Below the pieces are notes generated by a model. The model did not search any database and was not told the DNA's origin. It saw only the letters and a program-made list of their open reading frames with translations. A program made the position numbers and the translations under genes. Shown here piece by piece: positions 1 through 10,953 of a stretch of DNA of 64,000 bases (positions are counted from its first letter, which is position 1; every line of letters begins with the position of its first letter). The stretch is from Balanoglossus misakiensis (lineage: Eukaryota; Animalia; Hemichordata), in the NCBI GenBank assembly GCA_040954595.2, contig CM082594.2, forward strand, positions 4,387,319 through 4,451,318. The letters are read 5' to 3'.

Positions 1-264
1 TGAAGAATTTTGACACAGCAAAAGTTGAACAGAAGAACTTACGAGTGGGCTCGCCGCCGGAAAGTTGGACCTATTAAAAGATTTAAGAAATCAAATAACA
101 CAAACGAAGCAAATAAAACATCAAAATCGCAACAGGCTAATCGAACTAATTATTCCTCAACCGACGCGGCACGTCATACTTGTTGTGTACAGAGCATCAC
201 CAATCATGGATGGCCAATATTAAGAATAGTACGCAGATTATAATGGTGGAAGTTCGAAACCTAC

Positions 265-1047
265 GGTATAATTCCAGCGGTGACACCGAGCGGAACTCTG
301 TAGGAACATATATCCATGTCTTTGGAAATATTTGAAAGAGCTTCGCCGAGAGCTAACGACGTGATGGAACATACGTAATCCACCATCTCTGTAGGGTGCA
401 GTTTCGAAAATGAAAATTCGGTATTAGTCAAGAGGAAAAACATGTATGCATGTATGTATGTGCGTGTGTGTGTGTCTCTCTCTCTCTCTATCTCCTGAAA
501 CCACAGTGGTGATGGTCAGCCGATCCTGTATATAAAAAACAACTTAGGCCTAAAAGCTAAAACGCCGTTCATTTTTTTCAAGTCCCCACAAAGCATTATC
601 AGCTTTCATTAGTGCATCGCTTACTAGGATCAACAAAAGAGTTAAAATCGCGCTTTCAGCGTTATATATAAACTTACCCAGTCCTTTCATGATATCTTGC
701 TTTGCATCAGCCAATGTCTTGCCTTGTTCCAGAGTGTTAACTTTGACAATGTCGCTCTGCAAAGAATGAAACCGGATGTGAGGAACACGTGTTTAATTCT
801 TTTGATGTACGCAGACCATTGCGGTGGTCGTCGAATATTTAGCTTTTATAAGAGAAATTGGTGATCTGATATTGTACATGAGACATCTGTGCTTGATTAA
901 TCAATCAATACTCACTCTGTTTTCTATGATCAACCTCCGAAAGTTAAACATGATCTGTTGTCTGGTAAGAATGGATGTCTGCGACCAGGCTGGGAATGCC
1001 TCCTTGGCGGCTGACACGGCCGCTTGCATCTCATCAGGTACATAAAT
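265..1047 (-). CDS. ALDH6A1: Methylmalonate-semialdehyde dehydrogenase (ALDH6A1-like), partial: three internal exons, 3' part continues left of the window, 5' part missing
   Basis: GT-AG exons 916-~1047 (PDEMQAAVSAAKEAFPAWSQTSILTRQQIMFNFRRLIIENR), 678-756 (SDIVKVNTLEQGKTLADAKQDIMKGL) and 265-388 (EMVDYVCSITSLALGEALSNISKDMDICSYRVPLGVTAGIIP) splice in frame. They match the MMSDH motifs AFPAW..TS.L.RQQ, LEQGKTLADA and KDMD..SYR.PLGV.AGI.P. Similarity stops abruptly at about 1039. Confidence 0.88.
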
Positions 1048-1107
1048 CTGTCATTGAATACACAATGTTGCTTATATTTTTTTTACTTATTTTAAAAGCT
1101 TTTCCAG

Positions 1108-4100
1108 ATAAAGATATATACAACGAAATGAATACCAAAGGTAAGTTTTTTCGCAGCCTGATGAATATTCCACTTCCTTAGTTGTGCTGTCAGTGATGCA
1201 TATCTTGATATCAAAAAGTTGTTAATTTTAAACTTTTTCCAGTGCAAGCTTTTTTTAAAAGCAGTGGTTCAAAAGTATACACGTTCCTATAGTTATCTAA
1301 TTCAGATTTGTTGTGATGGAGTATGCGATTTTTATATCATTAATATGAGGTTTATTACACAAATACTGCAAAGTATGCACGAGGACATTTGCGCCAGTAT
1401 CGCCCGATCGAAAAACCGCTCAGCTGAAACAGTGAGCAGCCATCTTTCTTTTTTGTTTACATGCGTTGGAGTGGGGGTGTCTTGAAACCGTCCGCACAAC
1501 AGCGTATTCCTGTACACGCTGAGTTGGGGAGCCTTGAAACTTAAGGCATATTTAACACGCGTTCCGTACGTACCGTTCCGTACGGCTTTGTTAGATTTTA
1601 TGACATGGTAATTTACCTCACCCTTGTCGCTTCCATATACACACTCGGTCATTAATTTTTTTAGAAAAAATAGCAGTTTTCCTTTTATTTTAGAAACAGT
1701 GCAGTGCCTATGGACATGTGAAGGAGGTGATAACACTATTCTTGGCAGTATTGGACCCCATACTATTACAGTGGGAACAATACGAACTTTGAAACCTGGA
1801 AACTGGCTGGTAGATAACGTAAGTTGTGTTGTAAATTTTAAAAAAAAGATTGTCACTGTTTATTGGCGTAAATTGTCATACAGTTATACTGGTGGTATCA
1901 CTGCGTGTTTCAGCATGCGCTCAAATGGATGTGGCCCATCATAACACATTACATAAGAATGCTGGTCATGACAATAGAACATTGTCACAATTATTACATT
2001 GTATTTTTATTTTTTTATAGGCTGTTGATGCATATCTGTTCTTATTGCAAAAAGCCTTGCCACAGTCTTCAGTAAGTCATCACTATAATATACTAATGCT
2101 CTTCACTGACTGTTTATATCTCTCACCTGGAGCGTGAATCGTCAGTGGTACAAACAAAACAATTGAAATATGCATGGACACATACATGTATTCACTAGGC
2201 ATTTAAGTTTCGTTTTTGTAAATCAACGCTGCTTAATAAATGATCAGACCTGACCTCCAGGTGTCACCATGAAAACAAACACTGCTTGCTAAACTCTGAT
2301 GATATTGCCCCATGTGTGAAACTCTGATAACTGAATATTTTTATATAATATGCCCCCCCCTTCTATATATAAATAAATATATACACTGAATTCTCTCAAC
2401 AGAATGCTGTTATACTACCCCATCACTTGTGTAGTGAAATAGTAATGGGAAAAAGGAAAACAGTTAAAAGGAAGAAAAAACTTGCGGTAGGATTTGCAGA
2501 TCAAGTAGCCTTAGGTTACAAAATAACAAATTTTAGTAGTAGTTAGTAGTACCATCTCTTCTCACCAATAAAGGATATTTCGGGTTTCGGCAGCCTATTG
2601 TCTGTCAAGTGAAATAATTTGCTAAAGCTATTGTTAATTTGCAAAATAGGGTTGAGACACTGCCCATTGAATCATTTATCCTTGCTGCTAATCTGGGGTA
2701 ATGGATCCGTAAGTGATTTGCTCAGATGATTTGAAAAGCAAAAAAAGAGCTCAGTTCGTTAAGATTTTCTCAGGTGTTTTCCTGACATGCACTAGTATTC
2801 ATGTACAGATAACTAACCTTCATTTTGAAGATTCTTGGTGAATTTTGATATTTTTTATTTACGATTCTTGTATTTTTAATTGTAGGAACAAATAGCAGCA
2901 GCAGATAAAGTTGTAGGGGTTATTTACAACCCAGGCCACTGGACTGTCTTTGTAAGTGCGATGAATTTGTATTTACAGACTGGTAGGGTTCTGATTGAAT
3001 TTTGTTTGACCAAAGTTTGCTTGGAGACAAATTTTAATTAAGATTTTAATGCAGTAATTATGCAATTGATATACATAAGTCACCTTTACCTGTATCAATT
3101 CTAATTGAAATGATAACTCGGTTTCATTTGCTCTATCATTTTTACTTTTCATCAAATATGTCAATGTTTAGTGATGCGAAGAGGTTTTGATACACCCAAT
3201 TCTTGATAATCACACATAAATCTATTGTATAAATATGTGCTCTGTGACCAAGAGGGTCATTGATGGCATTTTTGTTATACTAATTGGTACTTGTTTTATG
3301 TACAGTGTGCTGATATGGTCAAGTGCACCTTTTGCCTCTTGGATCCATTACGTCAAGATAGGGACTTTAGACTTGAAATGAACAATTGGAGGTATGTACA
3401 GGAAATCATTTTTAGTCCTCATGGATGCAGTCTGGCGGGGACTTACAGATTGGGTCCTGTGAGTCTGTCTGTCAGCAGCTATTTCTCAGACACCCATGAA
3501 CTGATTTTGTTAAAACCTGGCACATAGGCATTTTATTGTAGTGTCCGTGTGCATGTCAATTTATTTCAATTCAATCCAAGAAGGCTGCCAGGTGGCTATT
3601 TTGTTGTGAAATTTGGTTGCCTTTGGGCCGTAAATGAACTATCCCTAAACACATTTTGTTCAAAGTTGGTATAATAACATCTGGTGAGCACATCGCAAGG
3701 TACACTTAAAGCTTTAAAGAAAATATGAAAATGCATGTACTGCAAAAAGAATATGTCACAATTACACTTGATTGGCATAACTTTATTGTCATCTGTAATG
3801 GTTTTAACTTTCTTCAGTGAGTTTCTTGGCTATCTTGGACTGAAGAGGTCATGGAAGGCACTGAAGCTACCACATGACACTCAGCAAGATGGCTCATCAT
3901 GTGGTGTGTATGCATTAGAGGTGAGTGTTTTGAATTGTATTTAGCTGCTCTGTTCACACAACAGTAGACTAACCCACTAGTCACTTGGCACTTTTTTGCC
4001 TGAAGATTCTTAACCAATTCTGTTGTTCTCTAATTATCTTACCATTTGTGTGGGGTTTCGTTACCTCTCACCAAGCCATCTCATAGCTTATATATTCACT

Positions 4101-7100
4101 AGTCACTCGCCATAATATCAACACGAAAAACACCTGAAATTTGCTTACTATACCATAGCATTATATAGCCAATACACTGGGAACAAGTGCCTGTCTTTCT
4201 TTTTATCTGTGTTCCATTAAACCCCCAGTAATACTGTCGTTAGGCTGTTTTCCACTAGTATTTTTTTCTGATAAGAACTGCCATGTTTTGATTATGGAGT
4301 CAATACACACTAGGACAAGTTTATTAGATATGTTTTAATGCAAATTATCTTTTTCTTTATGTGAAACCTGTGTTTAATTTTGGCAGCACTAAATTGTGTG
4401 CACCAGCCTGATAATGAGTATCCATGTTTACAAATTTGTGCCGAGTATTGGGTGGAAATTTGTGACTTTCTTGTCGACAAATGATGTTTCAGAGAAAACA
4501 TTCTGATGAATTCATTGAGTGTAGGAAAATTTACATGCAGGCCAGCTTTTAACGATGGAGTGAAAAGGCTATAATTATATTAGAAATGTCATGGTATTTC
4601 CCTACAGTTTGCTGACCTTTTTCTGCAAGGGAAAAAGGTATTTAGTTTAGACAGACAAGACACACGATTGAAAATAGCAGTAAAGATAGTAGCAGAGATC
4701 GGTAGGTGAAGCTCAGGGCTAGATAGTCTTTTGTACAATTACCAAGTGCATGTCGTGTTTTTATCTAATCAAAGGGACAATAGCGATTTTTAGGTTATTT
4801 TTTTCAGTGTTTATGTAAAATTTGAAGGGGAAGTCTGGTCCAGCAGATTTCTACATAATTTTGTTGCTTTGAGATTACTCTTTCAGAAATAAAAACTTTT
4901 CGCATGAATACATCACACATTTTTTTACAATAACAAGGGAAAGTTGGCAGAATTTCCAATATGGTGTTTACTGTAATTTGAATCCTAGGGAAAACACGCC
5001 AAATCTAACTTCTGCCCAACATGATGTGGGTGATACCATTTTCCGATTGGTAAACAACTGCTCTTGATTGTTTATCAACTGCACTGTAAAGTACAATCAG
5101 TTGCTATGCAAATACACCCAGACTGGCGTACACTGCAGTGACCTCAAAGCCAGCAAATTATGTAGAAATCAGCTGGACCGGACTTCCCTTTAAATTCACT
5201 GGTCAACATGACCAAGCTGATTGCACTTACACAAGCTGTGTTCAAAAGCTGTGTCATTCAAACATCTATTGTCTGAACTTATGATTCTAGGCTCACACTA
5301 ATTATGATTTTTCCAGACTTATCTATTCAAATGTGTAGTTGACACAGAATTATAACTAACTCATGCAACTGCGATGTTATATTCACAACCTACATTGTAA
5401 TCTCTACTCTTTCTGTTCATAATCTCAACTACAGCAATTGATTGCACAATATAGTTTTGAAATTTTCATAAGAATCCTTTAAACATTAATATGTTTACCT
5501 TGTGTAAAAAATAGTATGGTTTTACTTTTAAGGCAGGAGACTGCCCAGTGTTATTACATTATTACCTTGTATGTTTTCTGTAGAATTTACATGCAGGTAT
5601 AGGTATGGAAGAAACTATACTTCAAATGTTGTAAAATTGTTTCCGTACATACATTCTTCCCAACCCCACCACTTTTCCTTCACTGAGAATGCATTTATTA
5701 GGTTTGTGCATGTGATGCTGCATCTTTTTCCTACAAGTTAATATATGCCTGATCTTCTTTACACGCAGATTCCACCAAAAAAAGATGTCATGGATGTGGC
5801 AAGGGTAGCCCTAGGGTAAGCATCACTGAACTCCTAATGAAGTATCGGTAATAGTTTTGACTTTTTGGACATTGGTTTCATGGCTGCTGGCCATAGAGTG
5901 CATAGTCAGGAGAATCAACATCCAATGTTAAATACAAAAATGAATGCTTCAGAGTGACAAATTGCAGTTTTAGGGACATAATACGACATCTTACTAAATT
6001 GGGTCCATTTTATGACTGAGCTCACAAGCCAATGTGGTAAGCCTGCAGTGGCTTTGAATTGGTTAAATATCAAACTGGGGATAAAATAATTGAGCATAAC
6101 AATAAAATGCCATATACAAATATGTGAATGAGATTCATTTGTTATTTACATTTCAGATGTCATGTGTATCATGTGGCAGAAAGTACCACACAAAGTGCCA
6201 TAGGCAATTGAAATGCTTTATTTGTACAGTGACTTGTGGTAAGTAACTGCGATTTTTGGCTATTTGCAATATTTTTGTTCATGTTTCAAGTCCAGATACA
6301 GTTCTACTCGCTAATAGCATGACGAAATGCCCAGTTGTTAGAATATCAATGTAACATGTACCGTATATGGGTAATGGCCATTGTTATTGTTGACAAATGA
6401 ATTCAAGGCCAGACTAGAATTCAATTTTCAACAATAAAATTGCTGATTGTACACATAAAAGCTGTGTTGCAAAGCTAAATACTGGCATTTATTCATGCTT
6501 TAGGCAGTCAAACAATAAATTGCAGTCCCTACCAGAAACAAAACATAACTTTCTATAGTTTTAGTTCATGTATTCTATAATGTTTCAACATGGCTACGGG
6601 AGTAGACCAAATAACAATGGTTAAGACTCATGAATTGTGATCAAAAATCAACAAAACTTACAGCTGATGACCCTCAATTAAATGATTGCTCTCAAGTTCT
6701 TTCTCAGATATGATCTTGCATTATTTTTTGCTTTCGTTGATTCTGTCCAGTGGATACAGAAGACCGTTCTGGTGAAGAAGTTGCTGCCATCCAAAGTGTG
6801 GACAATCAAGCTGCCGATGGTAAGATCTTGTTAAATTTGTTTTGCTTATAACAGCGTTAAAACAATGTGGTCAGTAGTTGTACATACTAGCTAACTTAAG
6901 TTGTGAACTATATCTAAAATTTCACACTTTCAGCCAATTTTTATATCTTTTGCCAATTTTGTTGGACTGTAACCAAGTTCTTTCTCAGATATGATCTTGC
7001 ATTATTTTTTGCTTTCGTTGATTCTGTTCAGTGGATACAGAAGACCGTTCTGGTGAAGAAGTTGCTGCCATCCAAAGTGTGGACAATCAAACTGCCAATG

Positions 7101-9525
7101 GTAAGATCTTGTTAAATTTGTTTTGCTTATAACAGCGTTAAAACAATGTGGTCAGTAGTTGTACATACTAGCTAACTTAAGTTGTGAACTATATCTAAAA
7201 TTTCACACTTTCAGCCAATTTTTATATCTTTTGCCAATTTTGTTGGACTGTAACCAAGTTCTTTCTCAGATATGATCTTGCATTATTTTTTGCTTTCGTT
7301 GATTCTGTTCAGTGGATACAGAAGACCGTTCTGGTGAAGAAGTTGCTGCCATCCAAAGTGTGGACAATCAAGCTGCCGATGGTAAGATCTTGTTAAATTT
7401 GTTTTGCTTATAACAGCATTAAAACAATGTGGTCTGTAGTTGTACATACTAGCTAACTTAAGTTGTGAACTATATCTAAAATTTCACACTTTCAGCCAAT
7501 TTTTACTTGCTGTTTACTTTCTGAAGAATGTTCCCATCAGTTGCATATTGTATCAACAACACTGTCCTGATCTCTACTGAAGGTGTGAAGAAAAAAAGAA
7601 GATGTATGTACGAAGTCCCCTCATTGTTGAAACTAGCGCATAACAAGAAGGCAAAAAGGTATGTAAGGCTAAAAGAAAAATATTGTTCCTCGTGTGATTT
7701 TTTTCGACAGAGGAACAGAAGCGGCAAGCAAAATGTTAATGTTGCTTTTTTGTTAAAAAAAAAAATCAAAATCAGAAAATGGATAAGCAGCAATCCCAAG
7801 GAACAATTCCATTTTTCTTCCTGGCCTAAGAATACTTTCACCACAATGACATGATTGCCAGGCAGGGTCTCCGTCTTTTATGATGACCTTATTCACCCTT
7901 GTTTGGTGGACGGAACATTTTGATATAGGCTTAACAAACTTTTTAAACTTTTCATGAATGCCACCTTAAAATATTGTCATAGATGATTTGTTTTAATTAA
8001 ACATCACGCTGTTTCATTATTAATGTTTCAGGTATAATATTTCCGAAGATGAATTACTGAGAAGAACAGGGTCACCAGAAAAACTGTGCCCATATACAAT
8101 AAATTCAATGATGAGATGCGCTAAGAGCAACATCAACAATTTAAAAGAAGATCTACGAGCCTGTGCCATCCCTATTCATAAACAATCAACATTAACTTCC
8201 TCATTCACGAGGTTGTGTGAAGGTACGATTCACCTTGAAATAAAAACATTCAATGCTGCCTGTACCTACATATGTTAACTAAGCCTAGATAGACGACTGT
8301 AAAACATGGTCTTATTTTAAGGGATGAGTTTGAATAGTATTATAATGTCATGCATTCACACATTTTCTACTTAATAACCATTTAATACTTCTAAAAGTAT
8401 ATGTCTGCCCTAACATTATCATGCCGAGAAACGCAACCAAATGCTTGCATGCACTTCACTAAGTATTATATCAGGGACCACACATCATGGGAGCTGCATG
8501 TATGTGTGTGTGTGTGTGAAAATTACTGCATATTGTCTTGTTGCTGCTGTTTACTTTTTTAGTAATGGGAACTTTCATTGTTTTCGTAATAGGTGAAGTT
8601 GAACACTTGTGTCAGGACTTTAAAAAAATGACTGGATCATTTATACATTTAGAAGAAACAGTTGAAGCCAACCAGGACAGACCAGAGGATAGCCTCAACA
8701 AAATGAATATGTTTAAGTGAGTATTAAAACATAAATAACAAACAATTATTCAATCTGAGATTCAGATGAAACGAGTGGGTAAAATTGGAAGGGAGAACCA
8801 TACATTTGCCTCGTGACTTCAGAATTCCCAAGGGTAGAAAGCGCATCCCCACTTATGATCTTCCATTTTGTAATAATAATAAAAAAATATTTTTAACAGG
8901 GAGACCTTGAGTGACCTGTCCAAAAGGCTGATGGGTGCATGCCATGAGGCCGATTTGGTCACGCATGGCATGACCAGTGCAGTTGTGAGTACCGTTTCAC
9001 AGTTGCTGTATGATGCTGCAGACTGTGAAAGGAAGGCATGTCTTGAAGTCCTGGTAAGTGTTAAGTTCACATGTGATGTATTTAGTTTATTTTGCTGTGC
9101 TAAAATCTGTGGAATACTTGTGTCAATTTAGGGGTTAATTAAATTGAGCCATCCCTCTTTATGAGGAGTAGGATATACATTAGCTGAAGGATATATACAA
9201 TATATACAGGCTTCGTTGCTCTAGACCTCTATGCCAGATGACACCCTGATCAATGTGTTCCACACCAATACAAAATACACCTGTATTATGAGCATTTGAA
9301 AGTGTCACTTTTATCCACTGTGCAATAGAGAATAAGCTTGTTTTTGTTGTCTTTTAAGTGCGTATACAGTGCTTGGTGTAGTCGCAGCAATGCATTTTGG
9401 GATAATTGACAAATTACTATTAAAACTGACTAATTATTGTCACACTTTACATTCTGTAGACTTCCAAGAGAGGGAATGAAAGCGAAGGGTCAGCGGATCT
9501 AACTTCGCTGCCAGTAAAACAGTGA
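1108..9525 (+). CDS. Transposon-borne fusion protein: Ulp1/SENP (peptidase C48) + compact PHD finger + acidic repeats + AP-2 (TFAP2)-like DNA-binding/dimerisation domain, about 540 aa visible
   Basis: 18 phase-compatible GT-AG exons: 1108-1140, 1694-1818, 2021-2071, 2403-2486, 2886-2951, 3306-3391, 3818-3920, 4608-4701, 5769-5815, 6157-6238, 6751-6819, 7032-7100, 7313-7381, 7541-7658, 8032-8222, 8593-8716, 8900-9053, 9460-9525 (TGA; AATAAA at 9552). Ulp1 motifs: TLKPGNWLVDNAVDAYL, GHW, LLDPL, QQDGSSCGVY. PHD: CHGC..CVSC.RKYHTKC..CFIC. AP-2-like: EVP..L, YNISEDELLRRTGSPEKL, RCAKS, TRLCEGEVEHLCQDF, LVTHGM. Possible start ATG at 1128. Confidence 0.85.
3410..3690 (+). mobile_element. Possible Helentron-associated (DINE-1/HINE-like) non-autonomous fragment in an intron
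   Basis: Starts TTTTTAGTCC, has a short GTCT run, then ATTTCTCAGACAC...ACTGATTTTGTTAAAACCTGGCAC. This resembles HINE elements from memory; boundaries are uncertain. Confidence 0.35.
4826..5189. mobile_element. MITE with ~35-bp TIRs at a TTAA-type site (Kolobok/piggyBac-like), nested in an intron of the Ulp1 gene
   Basis: Left end AGGGGAAGTCTGGTCCAGCAGATTTCTACATAATTT is the near-perfect inverse of right end AAATTATGTAGAAATCAGCTGGACCGGACTTCCCT. Flanks are TTGA and TTAA. Confidence 0.7.
6693..7505 (+). repeat. 281-bp tandem repeat (~2.9 copies), each unit carrying a 69-bp phase 1-1 exon
   Basis: Units start at 6693, 6974 and 7255 and are nearly identical. Each has ag|TGGATACAGAAGACCG...ATG|gtaaga. 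Confidence 0.95.
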
Positions 9526-9873
9526 TACTTGGAGCACCTGTTCAATCAAACAATAAAATATTGATTTTTTTTTCTATTGACAAAGGAAATGCACATGTTA
9601 ATGTTCAACAGATTTGTCACATCAGTTGGTCAATTGCTTGTTCCCCCAATGTGTGACATTTGCAGTGCATGCATACTATGATTTCCAAGACTTCAATTGT
9701 TATTATTCCTCAATATACTTTTCCTCAATAAAAGTAAAGTTTTTAAAAATGGTACAAATCATGGAGAATTATGAGTAAAATATTTTATTGTGTACGCGTG
9801 AGCTAACAATATCTGCCAGGACAAAGTACTCAAGTAAGGCACACTTCACCAACATTAAAAAATAAAACTTGTT

Positions 9874-10527
9874 TATTACACCTCACGTATTATACCATAT
9901 TCGTGATTGGCTGAGACGCGCTCACGTGATATAGAAAAAAAAGTGATATAACATGGCTAGAGTTGATAAAGCCCTGTCGCGTGCGCTGATATTGCCCGCT
10001 GGGTTGTTTTGTGTTCTGCGCGCGACTTCTGCGCGTTCCAAACTGTCGTTCAATGGCTTCCTCCACGATCAGTCAACTCCCGCATCTATGGCTTCAAAGC
10101 GACACATAGGCTTAACACCTGTTCAACTGGACGATATTTTACCACAAACGGACAGTAAATACAACAAAATCGCAACCAACAGTGCAGTATTTTCAAAATA
10201 ATCTAAGTTCGAAGTAGGTATCGTATAATTCTTGGGAGATCGAGACATTTTACATTCTCAGCAACGTACGACATATGGACGCGCGTCTACGTTCTTCTAT
10301 GCCTGCCTTGTATGTACGTTCAAATGTTCGGCGTAATAAAATTAATAACACATGATGCTCGGGCAACATCACGATTTGAAGCCTGCCCTCGGGCTGGTGA
10401 TCTCTGACCACAATATTGATGATACCCTCGCCTGCGGCTCGGGCATCATCAATATTGTAGTCAGAGATCACCATCCCTCGTGCAGGCTTCAAATCGTGAT
10501 ATTGCCCTCGCTATCATGTGTTATTAT
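9874..10527. mobile_element. Non-autonomous element with a long terminal hairpin (Crypton-like), between the two MULE genes
   Basis: GC-richer island. Imperfect ~184-bp palindrome at 10343-10526 with central CCTCGCCTGCGGCTCGGG; other end TTATTACAC...TGATTGGCTGAG. The Crypton call is from remembered architecture only. Confidence 0.5.
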
Positions 10528-10953
10528 TTAATTAATGACAAAACAGACTTCTGAAGCCCCAGCAGCTACTTCATACATTTCATGTTTAAACAATGTTCAG
10601 TTTTAATGGATACAGTCCAAATTACACACTAAACACTACATGACTAGTTTTATGTTATGGACCATAACAAGTAAAATCTTCAATTTGGTGAAGATAGCTA
10701 GGTGAAAACGTAATAGATCAACAATTCAACTGTTCCTGATATAGTGAACATTATGGAAAGTACATGCAGTTGCAAATGGGTGCTTAAAGTGACAATGCTC
10801 ATCAGGAGACTAAACTGGCCAGTTTGTTTTCCTGATGAGTGAGTCCAGTGACTCACGAAACAACATTGTAGAGATTATACCGCCTATCGTTTCTCCATGC
10901 AGCTACCCTTACTTTATATATTTATGTATATATAAATACATACATACATGTGC

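Noticed and set aside
975-1181. + strand ORF containing KGKFFRS, superficially like the ALDH6A1 N-terminal GKFVES
   Set aside because: Wrong strand for ALDH6A1, and it reads through a splice donor of the Ulp1 gene; coincidence.
1-1700. Left TIR or TSD matching the 16830-16930 end of the MULE
   Set aside because: Searched by eye for an inverted copy and for TGCCCTNAGGGCA; none found, so no TIR or TSD is claimed.
5584-5596. Possible 13-bp microexon ag|AATTTACATGCAG|gt in the Ulp1 gene
   Set aside because: Including it shifts the frame into a stop in the next exon and destroys the PHD; skipping it keeps the phase.
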